A DNA stretch of 64,000 bases from Patescibacteria group bacterium (GCA_028865725.1 JAGWJP010000002.1:168050-232049), one strand, 5' to 3'. Shown: positions 20,910 through 31,586, counted from the stretch's first letter. Program-made: numbers and translations. The notes: a model not told the origin generated them from the letters alone.

Positions 20910-22433
20910 TTACTTGCTCACAAAATGCTTTTTGAGAAGTTCTTGATCGATACGTTCCTGCGCGTCATGCGCGGTATCGCGTGCCTTGTGGGCACACATC
21001 AGAAGTTCTGCTTCTGGAATACCTGCAAGCTCCCGTGCACGCTTCAAAAGATGTTCTTTAGTATTCAAGGTCGGGTTTTCTAACACATCCTCCAATAAAA
21101 TAGCGAGTAGCGCGCCAATGCGAGGCCCAGGTTGTATCTCAAGCTCGCGCATTATGTCCTCGCCATTCACCTTCAACATTTTTGCGCTTATGGGATCTGA
21201 TTTTACCTTATCCACCATTGCTTTCAGATAACGCAAGCGATACGGCTGCGCCTTCGGAACTCCCGATCCAATCCTATCCGCCTCGCGTAATCGGAAAAGA
21301 TCCTCCACATTCTCAACCCCCACACGCTGCAACAGCCTGCGTACGCCTTTTAGGGTAACAGAGTCCGGATCATATACAAACATATGCTCGCGCACTAACA
21401 ACGCTATCTTTTCTGTGATTTCTTTTGAAAAGTGCAACCGGTCGCCAATCTTCAACACCATACGCTCGCCCACCACTTGATGTCCATAAAACGTACAATT
21501 TTCGCCCTCGCCGTGCTTTGTGTGTGGTTTTCCCACATCGTGAAATAACGCGGAAAGCCTGATGTCGAGTGAAAACTTTTGCTCCACGGCGTATTGAAGC
21601 GAACGGAGATTATGTTCAAATACGGTGTAGATATGATGCTTATTTTGTGAAACACCCACGCCCGCCTGCAACTCAGGGAAGATTCGCAGTAAAAGCCCTG
21701 TGCGCTCCAAAAGCTGCACCCCTTCAGCAGCGTGATCTGTCATAATAAGTTTGAAAAACTCATCGCGAATCCTCTCTTTAGCCACAAAATCGATTCCTCC
21801 CGCCTCTTCTCCAATGGCCGCAAGCGTAGCAGGATCAATCGTAAATCCTAATGTTGCAGCTAAGCGTATAGCACGCAACACACGCAACGCATCCTCGCGA
21901 AATCGATCCGCTGGATTTCCCACCGCACGAATTATCCCATTCCCCAAATCCTCCATTCCCCTAAACGGATCAATGAGTGTATTCGCATCGGCCGCATTCA
22001 TTCGCATAGCGGCACTTATATTTAACGCAATAGCGTTGATGGTAAAATCACGGCGCGCAAGATCCTCTTCGATTGTTTTTGAAAACGTAATCTCGTCCGG
22101 GTGGCGTTTGTCAGTATAGGTACCCTCCTTACGAAATGTGGTCACCTCAACAATAGTAAGACGAGGATCCTCGGAATCTGTCTTGATACCCACGGTACCA
22201 AAATCATTTTCATATACACACTCCGGAAAAAGACTTTGAATCTCCTCCGGCGTTGCATCGGTGGCAAGATCCCAATCATCGGGTTCGCGTCCCAACAGTA
22301 AATCACGTACACATCCGCCTACCAAATATGCAGAAAAACCCGCATGTTCGAGAGTATTCGCAATTGCGGTAATCTCCAGCATCGCGGCAACACGCACGAT
22401 GAGAGTCCTTGTTAATTGAAGCGAGGTTTCCAT
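20910..22433 (-). CDS. cca: CCA-adding tRNA nucleotidyltransferase with HD domain
   Basis: GGCVRDLLLGREPDDWDLAT (nucleotidyltransferase head) and LFHDVGKP (HD domain). Confidence 0.85.
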   Translation of the reverse strand: METSLQLTRTLIVRVAAMLEITAIANTLEHAGFSAYLVGGCVRDLLLGREPDDWDLATDATPEEIQSLFPECVYENDFGTVGIKTDSEDPRLTIVEVTTFRKEGTYTDKRHPDEITFSKTIEEDLARRDFTINAIALNISAAMRMNAADANTLIDPFRGMEDLGNGIIRAVGNPADRFREDALRVLRAIRLAATLGFTIDPATLAAIGEEAGGIDFVAKERIRDEFFKLIMTDHAAEGVQLLERTGLLLRIFPELQAGVGVSQNKHHIYTVFEHNLRSLQYAVEQKFSLDIRLSALFHDVGKPHTKHGEGENCTFYGHQVVGERMVLKIGDRLHFSKEITEKIALLVREHMFVYDPDSVTLKGVRRLLQRVGVENVEDLFRLREADRIGSGVPKAQPYRLRYLKAMVDKVKSDPISAKMLKVNGEDIMRELEIQPGPRIGALLAILLEDVLENPTLNTKEHLLKRARELAGIPEAELLMCAHKARDTAHDAQERIDQELLKKHFVSK

Positions 22434-22535
22434 ATGTAAACGTCATGCATAGTATCGCCTATTCCACAAAAATCATCAACAGAAACGAAGCTCCCCGAAA
22501 GAAACTTTGACACTTAATATATACTATGTTAATAT

Positions 22536-22817
22536 TTGTCCATTCTGCAGCGGAGGTTCATTGCAATGTGTACCTGCGGAAGAAATTGGGTAGACGTGCA
22601 AATGCCAAGTGGAAGAATATATTTTGGGGTACTCAATGCATATACTCAATACAATAGAAAGAAGAATGAATATGAAGTTATTATTCAGCGAGTGGGAGAG
22701 GGGGATACATGCGTTATGAGATCGGATTATGCTTTTAGCGCTCGTGAAATATGTGACCGTATCAATGAGGCTGTCCAATATGATCCTTCCTCAAAGATCC
22801 CCGCTGTCCCTCATTAA
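22536..22817 (+). CDS. Small hypothetical protein (93 aa)
   Basis: Preceded by a GGAGGT Shine-Dalgarno-like motif 8 nt upstream of the ATG; no family recognised. Confidence 0.4.
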   Translation: MSILQRRFIAMCTCGRNWVDVQMPSGRIYFGVLNAYTQYNRKKNEYEVIIQRVGEGDTCVMRSDYAFSAREICDRINEAVQYDPSSKIPAVPH

Positions 22818-23079
22818 TGCTCCTCGAGTCCTTCCTCTTGCAAGCGAACTTCTTACACGTTACACGTACGCGTTACATTTCGGGCACAAATAACCATACC
22901 GCCCCCTTCCGGGTGGTTTTTCTATCGCGAGAAAACCCCTTACTTGAGACCGTGGGAGGTACCATTTCAATTCGATGCCTGTTCCTCACAAATCAGCAGT
23001 TTACCTTGACAAATAACATGAGTGTTTGTTTAAATAGGTTCAGCATATTTCACAATAAAAAAGAAAAGGAGGATTCTTC

Positions 23080-23931
23080 ATGAGACTTCTGAAACAACTT
23101 GATTGGACTAATCTTGTTCTCTGGCCCGTGGTATACTTCACCCTTTTCTTCATCATCGTAGCACTCACCACGAATGCGCCATTCAATGCAAATACCTTCT
23201 TATTTATTGCCCTCGCCGTACTTTTTTATACGAAATGTACCCATGTAATCGTCGACTCAAATGCAAGATTTCGGTCTTACACACTGACGATATGGAGCGG
23301 AGTATTAGTCATACTGGAAGTCTTGAGTGCATTAATTATGCTGTGTGCCGGAGTTTATTGTTCGAATTCTCTATATAGCATCACCCCTTCCAAAGGAGAC
23401 ACGATGCTCTTCGGCTATTTTTTCACTACCGTAGGGATTGCGTGGCTTTATCTCACAATATGTTCATTCACCCTGCGTACACGCTATGTCGTCCCTCCAC
23501 ACACATTGGTAGTACTCGACGGAATGGTCCTCTATCCTGGAATGGAATTCAAAATATTTCCATGGATCAAGTATAATTGGAAAGCGTTTGAAGCAACGAT
23601 TCCTGTTACGGATATAGTGCGCATCGAATGTATGGACGGAACGCAAGAAATCGCGTTCTCCGCAACAGTGAAGATCGACACGGATCTTGCGCAACAACAG
23701 GGCATCGCGAACGTGCCCATCTCCTTTACCAAAAACGTGGAACAAATCGTGCGCGAAGAAATAAAAAGAATCTTTAGGGAAAGAGCTCAATCACAGACAC
23801 TCGGTCACTTCCTTACCGCTCCTTTCGAGGAAGAGAAACGATTTTCCATTGAAAACATTCCCTTCGTATGGAACGGGGAAGGAACATTCATGCTCCCTCG
23901 CTTTCCTATTCCGGTGAAACATCGTGCATGA
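23080..23931 (+). CDS. Hypothetical membrane protein (possible SPFH/band-7-like C-terminal region)
   Basis: AAAGGAGG RBS 8 nt upstream; 4-5 predicted TM helices at the N-terminus; C-terminal region faintly stomatin-like. Confidence 0.5.
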   Translation: MRLLKQLDWTNLVLWPVVYFTLFFIIVALTTNAPFNANTFLFIALAVLFYTKCTHVIVDSNARFRSYTLTIWSGVLVILEVLSALIMLCAGVYCSNSLYSITPSKGDTMLFGYFFTTVGIAWLYLTICSFTLRTRYVVPPHTLVVLDGMVLYPGMEFKIFPWIKYNWKAFEATIPVTDIVRIECMDGTQEIAFSATVKIDTDLAQQQGIANVPISFTKNVEQIVREEIKRIFRERAQSQTLGHFLTAPFEEEKRFSIENIPFVWNGEGTFMLPRFPIPVKHRA

Positions 23932-24082
23932 TCAAAAAGCCCCTTAAAGGGGCGTTTTTATTGCTCGTTTTAAGATTATTAAGTATAATCATGATGTTTT
24001 TGAAACTCATGCTCTCACAGTGAAGTGGCCCCCGCACCAAAGCAAAGCTTGGTACAGGGCAGGTATCACAACCGCTTGTCAT

Positions 24083-24155
24083 GCCCCTGTAGCTTAATGG
24101 ATAAAGTACTGGTCTTCGAAACCAGCCATGGGGGTTCGATTCCCTCCAGGGGCAC
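24083..24155 (+). tRNA. tRNA-Arg (anticodon TCG)
   Basis: Acceptor GCCCCTG/CAGGGGC; anticodon arm CTGGT-CTTCGAA-ACCAG; T loop GGGGG-TTCGATT-CCCTC. Confidence 0.8.
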
Positions 24156-24190
24156 TCACTAACAAGAAAAAGTATTGCATAAGAATATCT

Positions 24191-24655
24191 ATGAACAAAA
24201 GAACTTTTATTATCACCGTCTTTATTCTCATAGCTCTCGTTGCAGGAGGGGCGTATCTCTATCTGCGCCAGGTACAGCAACGCATTGTTCTTGAGATGAA
24301 AACAGCTTCTTCGGAAACTACATTTACCTTGTATCCGGATGGATCTGCGCGCTTCACTGAAAAAGACGGCTCCACAACACAAGAACCGCTCAACTTTAAC
24401 GCGGGAACGTTTACGCGTGACGACATCGACATGGTGCATCGTTCGCTTCTCACCAACAACTTCTCTTCGCTTCACGATGCGCTTCAACAGTCCGAAAGCA
24501 CGAGCGGCGACGCATTATTTACTCTGAGTACGGGGGGGCATACGGTACGCTGCTATAAAACCACCTGCGATCCTGCGTTTCAAAATATTATCGATGCGCT
24601 CGCAGGATTATGGAAAGAGAAGGCACAGCAGGCTACTCCTACTTCGCTTCAATAA
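24191..24655 (+). CDS. Hypothetical N-terminally membrane-anchored protein
   Basis: The track ORF starts inside the tRNA-Arg; the internal Met at 24191 (MNKRTFIITVFILIALVAGG) gives a signal-anchor, which is more plausible. Confidence 0.45.
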   Translation: MNKRTFIITVFILIALVAGGAYLYLRQVQQRIVLEMKTASSETTFTLYPDGSARFTEKDGSTTQEPLNFNAGTFTRDDIDMVHRSLLTNNFSSLHDALQQSESTSGDALFTLSTGGHTVRCYKTTCDPAFQNIIDALAGLWKEKAQQATPTSLQ

Positions 24656-24720
24656 CTCGCCATTCGTACAAGACATTCTTTTGTAACGTAACGTGTGAGC
24701 CTAATGTCTGAATACTACTC

Positions 24721-26850
24721 ATGTCTCTTGATACCCCACTCTCTTCATTTCCTCGCATTGGACCAAAATCAGCGGCTCATCTTAAACGCCTTGGCCTCAC
24801 GACCGCGCGTGATCTTTTGTTTTATTTTCCAACACGCTATGAAGATCTTTCATCGCTTACTGCAATTGGCGCCCTCAGGCCTGGTACGCACGCCGTAATA
24901 CAGGGAACCATTATTCGCGTTTATACGCACCGTTCATTCCGCAAACATATGGCCATTACAGAAATTGTGGTCGAGGATAACACGGGCGCCATAAAAGCCA
25001 TTTGGTTTAATCAACCCTATATCGGCAAGGCTCTCGGCGAAGGCGCGACAGTCAATCTTGCCGGAAAAGTTATCGAAGATGCGCACGGAATCTATCTCAC
25101 GAACCCGCTCTACGAACTCGTCACCTCGCCTCATCAACACACGAGGCATACAGGACGCATTATTCCTATCTACCGCGAAACACGCGGCGTGACTTCCAAG
25201 GCAATCCGTTACTTTCTCACCTCTCTTCTCGAAATCATAAAAGAACTCCCCGAATATCTTCCCGAAGAAGTCTTAACGCGGCGCAATTTCCCCACACTGT
25301 CAAACGCTCTTCAAAATGTGCACTACCCCGAAACATTATCTGCTGCAGAACGTGCGCGTGCGCGCTTTATGTTTGAACATCTCTTTTTGGTTTCGCTGGC
25401 ACGAGAACTGAAGACCAAAAAAGAAGCGCACAAAGGAACTCCTCTTGTTATTCATCTCCCAGAAATCAAGCAATGTATCGATACCCTTCCTTTTGCGCTT
25501 ACGGAAGCGCAAAAGGAAGCTGTATGGATAATTTTGAAGGACATGGCAGAGGAAAAACCTATGCAACGCCTCTTAAATGGGGACGTGGGATCAGGAAAAA
25601 CGGTAGTCGCTGCACTTGCGGCATACAATACTATTCTCAATGCACGACAAGTGGTGGTAATGGCGCCTACTGAAATTCTCGCCCTGCAACATTTTCATAC
25701 ATTTTCAAATCTCTTCCGCAATCTCCCTATCGCGATCGGCATGCTTGCGGGGAAAAATACCTCCTATGCCTTCGAGGGGCTCTCCTCCCCCACAAAAAAG
25801 AAAACGCTTCTCGAAAATATCAAAAACGGCTCCGTGCATATCGTGATCGGCACGCATGCGCTCATTCAAAAAGAAACCTCATTCGCACATCCCGCACTCA
25901 TCGTCATCGACGAACAGCACCGCTTTGGGGTTGCCCAACGCACACACTTGATGGCCGCAGAACACGCCATTCATGGTACAATCCCCCATCTCCTCAGCAT
26001 GACCGCCACGCCTATCCCGCGCACGCTTGCACTCACAATCTTTGGCGACATGGATATCTCCATCCTGAATGAAATGCCAAAAGGAAGAAAAAAAATCATC
26101 ACCTCGGTCATTCCTCCCGAAAAACGTGCCGCCTCTTATGCGTTTATCCGCGAAGAAGTAAAAAAAGGATTTCAAACATTTGTCATCTGTCCGCGCATAG
26201 AGGCCGCTTCTTCAGGAGAAGACAACAACCACAGGCCTCCTACAAAACAAAAAACACTCTGGCTTGAGGTCAAAACAGTAACCGAAGAATATGAAAAACT
26301 ACAGAAGCAAGTGTTCCCCGATCTCCGTGTGGGTATGCTCCATGGCAAAATGAAGCCGGATGAAAAAGAACACATCATGCGCGCATTTGCAAATCAAAAA
26401 CTTGATATTCTCGTATCCACATCGGTCGTCGAAGTAGGCGTTGATATTCCGAACGCGACCGTCATGCTGATCGAAAGCGCGGAGCGATTTGGTCTTGCGC
26501 AACTTCATCAATTCCGCGGCCGCATTGGGAGAAACACGCATCAATCCTACTGCCTTCTCTTTACCACCTCGCTCTCTCAACTCGAAGCACGGCGCCTCAC
26601 CGCACTCACCAAAACCCAAAGCGGTTTTGTGCTTGCGGAAATGGATTTGAAACTGCGCGGTCCTGGCGAGTTTTTGGGCGAGGAGCAAAGCGGATGGTCT
26701 GACATGGTAATGGCGGCATTGCGGAATCCTGCCATGCTCTCCCATGCCGAAGAGGATGCACGGGCGTTTCTCCGCGAACACTCTCTTCGTGAATTTCCTG
26801 ATCTCATCAAGAAACTCGATGAATTCACCGGCACCCTCAATCTTGTGTAA
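24721..26850 (+). CDS. recG: ATP-dependent DNA helicase RecG
   Basis: Wedge/OB N-terminal domain; Walker A GDVGSGKT, DEQHRFGV, and a helicase C-terminal domain. Confidence 0.9.
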   Translation: MSLDTPLSSFPRIGPKSAAHLKRLGLTTARDLLFYFPTRYEDLSSLTAIGALRPGTHAVIQGTIIRVYTHRSFRKHMAITEIVVEDNTGAIKAIWFNQPYIGKALGEGATVNLAGKVIEDAHGIYLTNPLYELVTSPHQHTRHTGRIIPIYRETRGVTSKAIRYFLTSLLEIIKELPEYLPEEVLTRRNFPTLSNALQNVHYPETLSAAERARARFMFEHLFLVSLARELKTKKEAHKGTPLVIHLPEIKQCIDTLPFALTEAQKEAVWIILKDMAEEKPMQRLLNGDVGSGKTVVAALAAYNTILNARQVVVMAPTEILALQHFHTFSNLFRNLPIAIGMLAGKNTSYAFEGLSSPTKKKTLLENIKNGSVHIVIGTHALIQKETSFAHPALIVIDEQHRFGVAQRTHLMAAEHAIHGTIPHLLSMTATPIPRTLALTIFGDMDISILNEMPKGRKKIITSVIPPEKRAASYAFIREEVKKGFQTFVICPRIEAASSGEDNNHRPPTKQKTLWLEVKTVTEEYEKLQKQVFPDLRVGMLHGKMKPDEKEHIMRAFANQKLDILVSTSVVEVGVDIPNATVMLIESAERFGLAQLHQFRGRIGRNTHQSYCLLFTTSLSQLEARRLTALTKTQSGFVLAEMDLKLRGPGEFLGEEQSGWSDMVMAALRNPAMLSHAEEDARAFLREHSLREFPDLIKKLDEFTGTLNLV

Positions 26851-26871
26851 CGGCAATGCAAGCACAACCAA

Positions 26872-26905
26872 AATTAAAAATCGCCTCGTGGGGCGATTTT
26901 GTTTC
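26872..26905. terminator. Bidirectional rho-independent terminator between recG and the convergent secreted-protein gene
   Basis: ATCGCC-tcgtgg-GGCGAT hairpin flanked by an A-run and a T-run. Confidence 0.45.
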
Positions 26906-26915
26906 TCTCGCAAAT

Positions 26916-28100
26916 TTAGAGATTAAGAAACAACGTGGCTACACTGTTTCGGATCTGTTCGTCGATTTTATCCCGCGCACTCCACCCAGATTTCTCGTAG
27001 TACGTATTATAAACACTCTTCACATACGCTTTGTTTTCTACACCCGTCATGAGGACAAAGGCGTATCCGCCGGTATTGTGACAATATACATCCAGAGCAT
27101 AACATGTGCGAGAATACGGTATAATCTCAAATGTTCCTATAGAGACGGTAAACACGCCGCGCTCGTCAAACGTAAAACGGGGGGTGGGCGTCATCGTTCC
27201 CGAGAACACGCGAACCATCGCCTCATTACATTTTTGGTCGAGTTGGCCAGGCGTTACTACACCATTCTGTTTACCGAGCACAAAATCAACGAAAGCCAAC
27301 TTTGTCGTATGATCTTCCTTGTATCTTTTTTCTTGTTCTTTTTTCATCCTATCGAACAAACCTACCGCGCGTAGATCCTCTTCATTAAGAGGAAATCCAC
27401 ACATTTTCGTCCATTCGCCCCTAAAAGAAACGGTGATATTCTGTAAGTCGGGATCCAAATAAAAACATAAGCATCGATCCTGATATTCCAGCTTACCCAT
27501 ATCTTGGGAATCCCACCGAAACATTCGAGCCTTATAGCAGTACGCAAGCGCGTGGAGCATCTCCGCTCTCCATGCGTATACATCCTGCGTCTCGTTCAAT
27601 ACAAAACAGGTACCCTTGTGTTTCGCAGCAAGGGTGTCATTGATGAAGCTCAGCGCATTATGTAAAACATTCACTTCTCTTCTTGCAATTTCAGTACCCC
27701 ATCGCGCCTTTATCGCAATACGCAATGCCGTTGCTTCCATGGAATTAGGATGAAAGACTGTCTTACTCTCGCCCCCGAGAGTAATCGTAGCATACCCTTG
27801 CTGATCCATAACCACACGAATAGGAAGTCCTTTATAGGAAGTCGAAGCGTCTACTGCGTCAAAAAAAGGATTAATAAAATAAAGGAGGGCCTTCCATGAG
27901 ACATGCGGATCGTTCAAAAGATGGACGACCTTCTCCGTCACACGAAATGTAGGATCATTAAATGGAGAATTGTTCATCTGCGCTCCCGCATATCCCGCGG
28001 TCACAAGGAATATGAACGCAAAAAGCATAGAGAAGATTCTTCCCATGCGTTGCATGATATCTTCCTCCCTATTCTCAAAGACCCAATCAGAGTAAAACAA
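26916..28100 (-). CDS. Hypothetical secreted protein (394 aa)
   Basis: Signal peptide (MQRMGRIFSMLFAFIFLVTAGYAGA); no recognised domain. Confidence 0.5.
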   Translation of the reverse strand: MFYSDWVFENREEDIMQRMGRIFSMLFAFIFLVTAGYAGAQMNNSPFNDPTFRVTEKVVHLLNDPHVSWKALLYFINPFFDAVDASTSYKGLPIRVVMDQQGYATITLGGESKTVFHPNSMEATALRIAIKARWGTEIARREVNVLHNALSFINDTLAAKHKGTCFVLNETQDVYAWRAEMLHALAYCYKARMFRWDSQDMGKLEYQDRCLCFYLDPDLQNITVSFRGEWTKMCGFPLNEEDLRAVGLFDRMKKEQEKRYKEDHTTKLAFVDFVLGKQNGVVTPGQLDQKCNEAMVRVFSGTMTPTPRFTFDERGVFTVSIGTFEIIPYSRTCYALDVYCHNTGGYAFVLMTGVENKAYVKSVYNTYYEKSGWSARDKIDEQIRNSVATLFLNL

Positions 28101-28147
28101 ACCGAGCGAGAAAAGTCAACAAAAAGAGAAAGCCCCGCAAAGGGGGC

Positions 28148-28741
28148 TTAGTGTTCTTGTTGGTGCAGCATACTGTCGACGCACTCCTCGTAAGTTTTAA
28201 TTTCGGTACGTAATCCCTCAACTGAGGCAATCAAAGATCCGCCATGGCCTTTCATAAAATGCATAGCCTGCTCCGACACTTCTTGAAATGAAGGATGATC
28301 CTGCAACGCCAGCCAGTACCACACGGGACGCAATGGCAGATTATCGGTGCCACCTAAACGTAGGGTAGCTGATGTTGCCCATCCACTCGCAGGGGTACGG
28401 TTCAAAGAGAATTCGTTGACTACAGCCCCAATGTGAATCTGCATCATGGTGAGATAACGAATGATTTCGTTATACTCGCCCGTGTCATTGAGACGCGTCG
28501 CCTGTGCGATGAGCGGCGGAAGATTTCCCGTATGGCGATTCCAATTAAGGATGAGATTAAAAAAACTTACGAAAGAAGCAACTGGATTATGAGTGGACCG
28601 TTCGCACACGCTTATCATGCTTGCGAGTTCATCGGAAAAACGGACCCAATCGGTCGAAAGGACGATCAAACCCTCCATGAAAGACTTTGAAAATCTATTT
28701 CCGCACCATGCGCGAAGCCATTTTAAAATATGTATCGCCAT
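28148..28741 (-). CDS. Hypothetical protein, paralog of 29213..29785
   Basis: Shares LGGTD-x-LP-x-x-P-x-W-x-WL, HxDP-x-F and QQAM-x-F blocks with the other copy. Confidence 0.5.
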   Translation of the reverse strand: MAIHILKWLRAWCGNRFSKSFMEGLIVLSTDWVRFSDELASMISVCERSTHNPVASFVSFFNLILNWNRHTGNLPPLIAQATRLNDTGEYNEIIRYLTMMQIHIGAVVNEFSLNRTPASGWATSATLRLGGTDNLPLRPVWYWLALQDHPSFQEVSEQAMHFMKGHGGSLIASVEGLRTEIKTYEECVDSMLHQQEH

Positions 28742-28943
28742 TCCATCTTCTCCTTCACGGTTCTGACAAATATAATACTACAAAAATATAATCATGTCAA
28801 TTTTCCCTGGGAGGTGGTGTAAAGAGGCAGTAATAAGGATTTATCCTATCCAATTAAAAAATAACCCTCCACGGGCTTGCGCGCGGGATATTCGCTCTCC
28901 CGAGTCTAATAAAAAAGACCCGAAAAGGGTCTCAGTGTTTTCT

Positions 28944-29216
28944 TCAACTGTACACACGATGATCTGTCTCTTGATACAACGTGCGATTATCAATCTCTAT
29001 AACTGTCGCGCCGAATGCTTCAAAAAACTCTTTTGCAAATTCAAGCTCCTCATGAGAAAGGCCATGAATCCATACGGGAGTCATCCAGTTTCCTGGAAGC
29101 ACGCGATGAGGAAATAAATCCACTCCATGACAGGCAAGAGTCGTTCCTCCCACTTGTACTCCGGGAACTATACGTATGTTTGCCATTCCATCTTCTCCTG
29201 TCTCTTCTTCAGTCAA
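28944..29216 (-). CDS. Small hypothetical protein (90 aa) between the two paralogs
   Basis: 4-nt overlap with the upstream paralog's stop (translational coupling); no motif recognised. Confidence 0.4.
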   Translation of the reverse strand: MTEEETGEDGMANIRIVPGVQVGGTTLACHGVDLFPHRVLPGNWMTPVWIHGLSHEELEFAKEFFEAFGATVIEIDNRTLYQETDHRVYS

Positions 29217-29785
29217 TAATTCCGTTCAAGCTTTTTATTTTTATACGTTTCAATCTCGTGCAAGAGCGCCTGCGCCGCCATGATCATTGGCTCTGCATGA
29301 TCCCTGATAAACTCCATCGCCTGCTGAGACACTACTCGAAACTTTGGGTCTTCATGCTTTTCCAGCCAGAACCATATCGGCTGCATCGGAAGTCCATCAG
29401 TACCGCCCAAATACACCGTACCCCGCGTGATCGCCTCACCTCTTGAGGTACGATTCCAGTTTGATTCACCCATCACGGCCGCAATATGGCGCTGAAGGAT
29501 CTTCAAATTCTTAATAACTTCACTATATCGATCCTCGCCATTCTTGCGGGAAAAACATTCGGTAAGCGTGGCGATGTCCCCTATGTTTTCAGAGAACTCC
29601 TCTACTTCCTTGAAAAATCCAGCAAAGTAATACACTGGATTAGTAGGACAAAATTCGCATAACCTGAGTAAAAAATTCAATCGATGGGAGAGAAGATAAT
29701 ACTCAAAGTATCTCTTACTCAAACTCTCCATCGGTGAAACTAAGCTATCCCCCAAAAACGTCCACGCCCGCTGAAGCAGATTCAT
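29213..29785 (-). CDS. Hypothetical protein, paralog of 28148..28741
   Basis: Conserved blocks shared with 28148..28741 (VYLGGTDGLPMQPIWFWL, QQAMEFIRDH). Confidence 0.5.
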   Translation of the reverse strand: MNLLQRAWTFLGDSLVSPMESLSKRYFEYYLLSHRLNFLLRLCEFCPTNPVYYFAGFFKEVEEFSENIGDIATLTECFSRKNGEDRYSEVIKNLKILQRHIAAVMGESNWNRTSRGEAITRGTVYLGGTDGLPMQPIWFWLEKHEDPKFRVVSQQAMEFIRDHAEPMIMAAQALLHEIETYKNKKLERNY

Positions 29786-29933
29786 TTTTTATTCCTCCTT
29801 TTCATGGTTCTGATGAGTAGTATAATATGGAAATGAAATCATGTCAATATTCGGTGTGACGCGGAGACTGAATCGCACTTTCCCCTTTTTTTCCATTTAA
29901 AATTTGCACACTTGCTCATGCATAGACGCCTCC

Positions 29934-31565
29934 TTACTTCTTCGTTCTTGATTTCGGCGTCACCCAGTAGCCCATATAATGCCCGAGCATCAGGCGCGTC
30001 TGCGCTTCGAGTGCGGGAATGCTCCCAAGCGTCACCGCCGTAAGCGGCGTGATAAACCATTGCAAAAACATCCACACGTACTTGAACTTGCCATAGTTCA
30101 CCGGCTTTGGCGGTAAGAGCCACATGCTCAAGACCGCCGATGTCACAAGCCCGAACATCGCGAGTGTCATAATGTCACGGGTGAGATACGGAAGATTGTA
30201 GGAGAGAAGGGTCACTCGAAAGCTCTTCGGGCCCACAAAGACAGGAAGCCACCCCAGCAAAAACATCATGATGCTATTCGTCGCCCATGACCAAAACCCA
30301 TCGACAAGCTGAAGCGTGTGAAAAAACTTATGTTTCCATGACAATCGCTTATTGCGCACCGCATTAAACACAAAATAAGGAAGATTCTCCACTCCGTACC
30401 CCCAGCGACGCTGCTGTTTATATTGATTCACAATCGTACCCCAGAACTTCGGCGCCACGTTTGCATCCATCGTGACAGGATAGTAGAGCGGGACCACTGT
30501 CCAATCGCCGTTAAAATGCAAGAAGAGCTGATAAAAAATGCGCGAATCCTCTGACACCATGTTCGTCTGCCAGCAACCGATTTCCACGAGCGGCTGAAAT
30601 GCCATCGAGTGTGAAGAAAACGTAATTAAGCGCTCGGGGCGTGCCTGTTGCGTCATCTGCCAAAATGTAGAACCAAAACTCAGAACGCGGGCAAACGCAG
30701 GCGCCTCCCAAATGTTATTCGTAAAAAGCGGGATAGGCTGAAAACTCGAACGAAGCGGCTTCTCCGCCGTAAGATAGTGGTAGGTGAGACAGTGAAAATA
30801 GCCTGGCATCACATGGGTGTCCACATCAAACACCGATACCACAATGCGCTCATAGGGAATGCCGAGGGGATCAATAACCTTGCGCTGCGCTTCACGCGCC
30901 GCCCATGTTTCGTTTGATCCCTTGCCCGGCATCTCTCCTTCGATATCCGCCGGATGATGACTAATGACAAAATGAGAAAACCGCACGCCGTAAGCCTCTT
31001 TGATGCGCTGTCCCACCTCACGCGCCGCCTCTCCTGCACGCTCCTCAAGCCCCAACACAATAATCATCTTCTCTTGCGGATACTTTGTCGCGAGAAGCGC
31101 CTCCATACTTTCTTGTACCACCTCGAACGGCTCGTTATACATGGGAAGGATCACCAAATGCCATATCTCACCCCACCGAGACACAGGAACCTTATACTGC
31201 GAAGGAGAAAGCGCATCCAGTTTCGCGTTCCAATCCGTGTTCATGTGTTCAAATGTCTTCCGGTATCCAACCCGCAAATGCACAGACATGTAAACCGTTT
31301 TCAGAAACCAATACACATCAAAAAAAATAATAAACACGGCGACAAAAAAAGGCACCACAAAACTCAAACCAATGAGCACGATGAGCGTGCTCCAACTCAA
31401 AAGTCCGGGTATTACTTCAAGCGTGCGATACCAAAAACGCTCGGAAGATCCGCGCGGAAGCTCTGATGCCCTCCCGATTTTGAGATAGTTTAACTGTGCC
31501 ATAACAATTGCTCTTGGTTTTACTATACAAAAATTATATCTGCAAGAAAAGAAAAAAGGCATCAT
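29934..31565 (-). CDS. Processive family-2 glycosyltransferase (cellulose/chitin-synthase-like), integral membrane
   Basis: VILPMYNE, DVDT (DxD) and QQRRW (QxxRW) motifs; multiple TM helices N- and C-terminal; probable start at 31502. Confidence 0.7.
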   Translation of the reverse strand: MMPFFFSCRYNFCIVKPRAIVMAQLNYLKIGRASELPRGSSERFWYRTLEVIPGLLSWSTLIVLIGLSFVVPFFVAVFIIFFDVYWFLKTVYMSVHLRVGYRKTFEHMNTDWNAKLDALSPSQYKVPVSRWGEIWHLVILPMYNEPFEVVQESMEALLATKYPQEKMIIVLGLEERAGEAAREVGQRIKEAYGVRFSHFVISHHPADIEGEMPGKGSNETWAAREAQRKVIDPLGIPYERIVVSVFDVDTHVMPGYFHCLTYHYLTAEKPLRSSFQPIPLFTNNIWEAPAFARVLSFGSTFWQMTQQARPERLITFSSHSMAFQPLVEIGCWQTNMVSEDSRIFYQLFLHFNGDWTVVPLYYPVTMDANVAPKFWGTIVNQYKQQRRWGYGVENLPYFVFNAVRNKRLSWKHKFFHTLQLVDGFWSWATNSIMMFLLGWLPVFVGPKSFRVTLLSYNLPYLTRDIMTLAMFGLVTSAVLSMWLLPPKPVNYGKFKYVWMFLQWFITPLTAVTLGSIPALEAQTRLMLGHYMGYWVTPKSRTKK

Positions 31566-31586
31566 GATGCCTTCTTGAAGCGTACA

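Noticed and set aside
22817-23083. ORF 22817..23083(+)
   Set aside because: It lies in the promoter/terminator-rich intergenic region between the small 93-aa gene and the membrane-protein gene, has no RBS, and its end overlaps the strong AAAGGAGG RBS of the next gene.
24128-24190. 5' extension of ORF 24128..24655
   Set aside because: The first 21 codons overlap the 3' end of tRNA-Arg; the internal Met at 24191 with a signal-anchor is the more plausible start.
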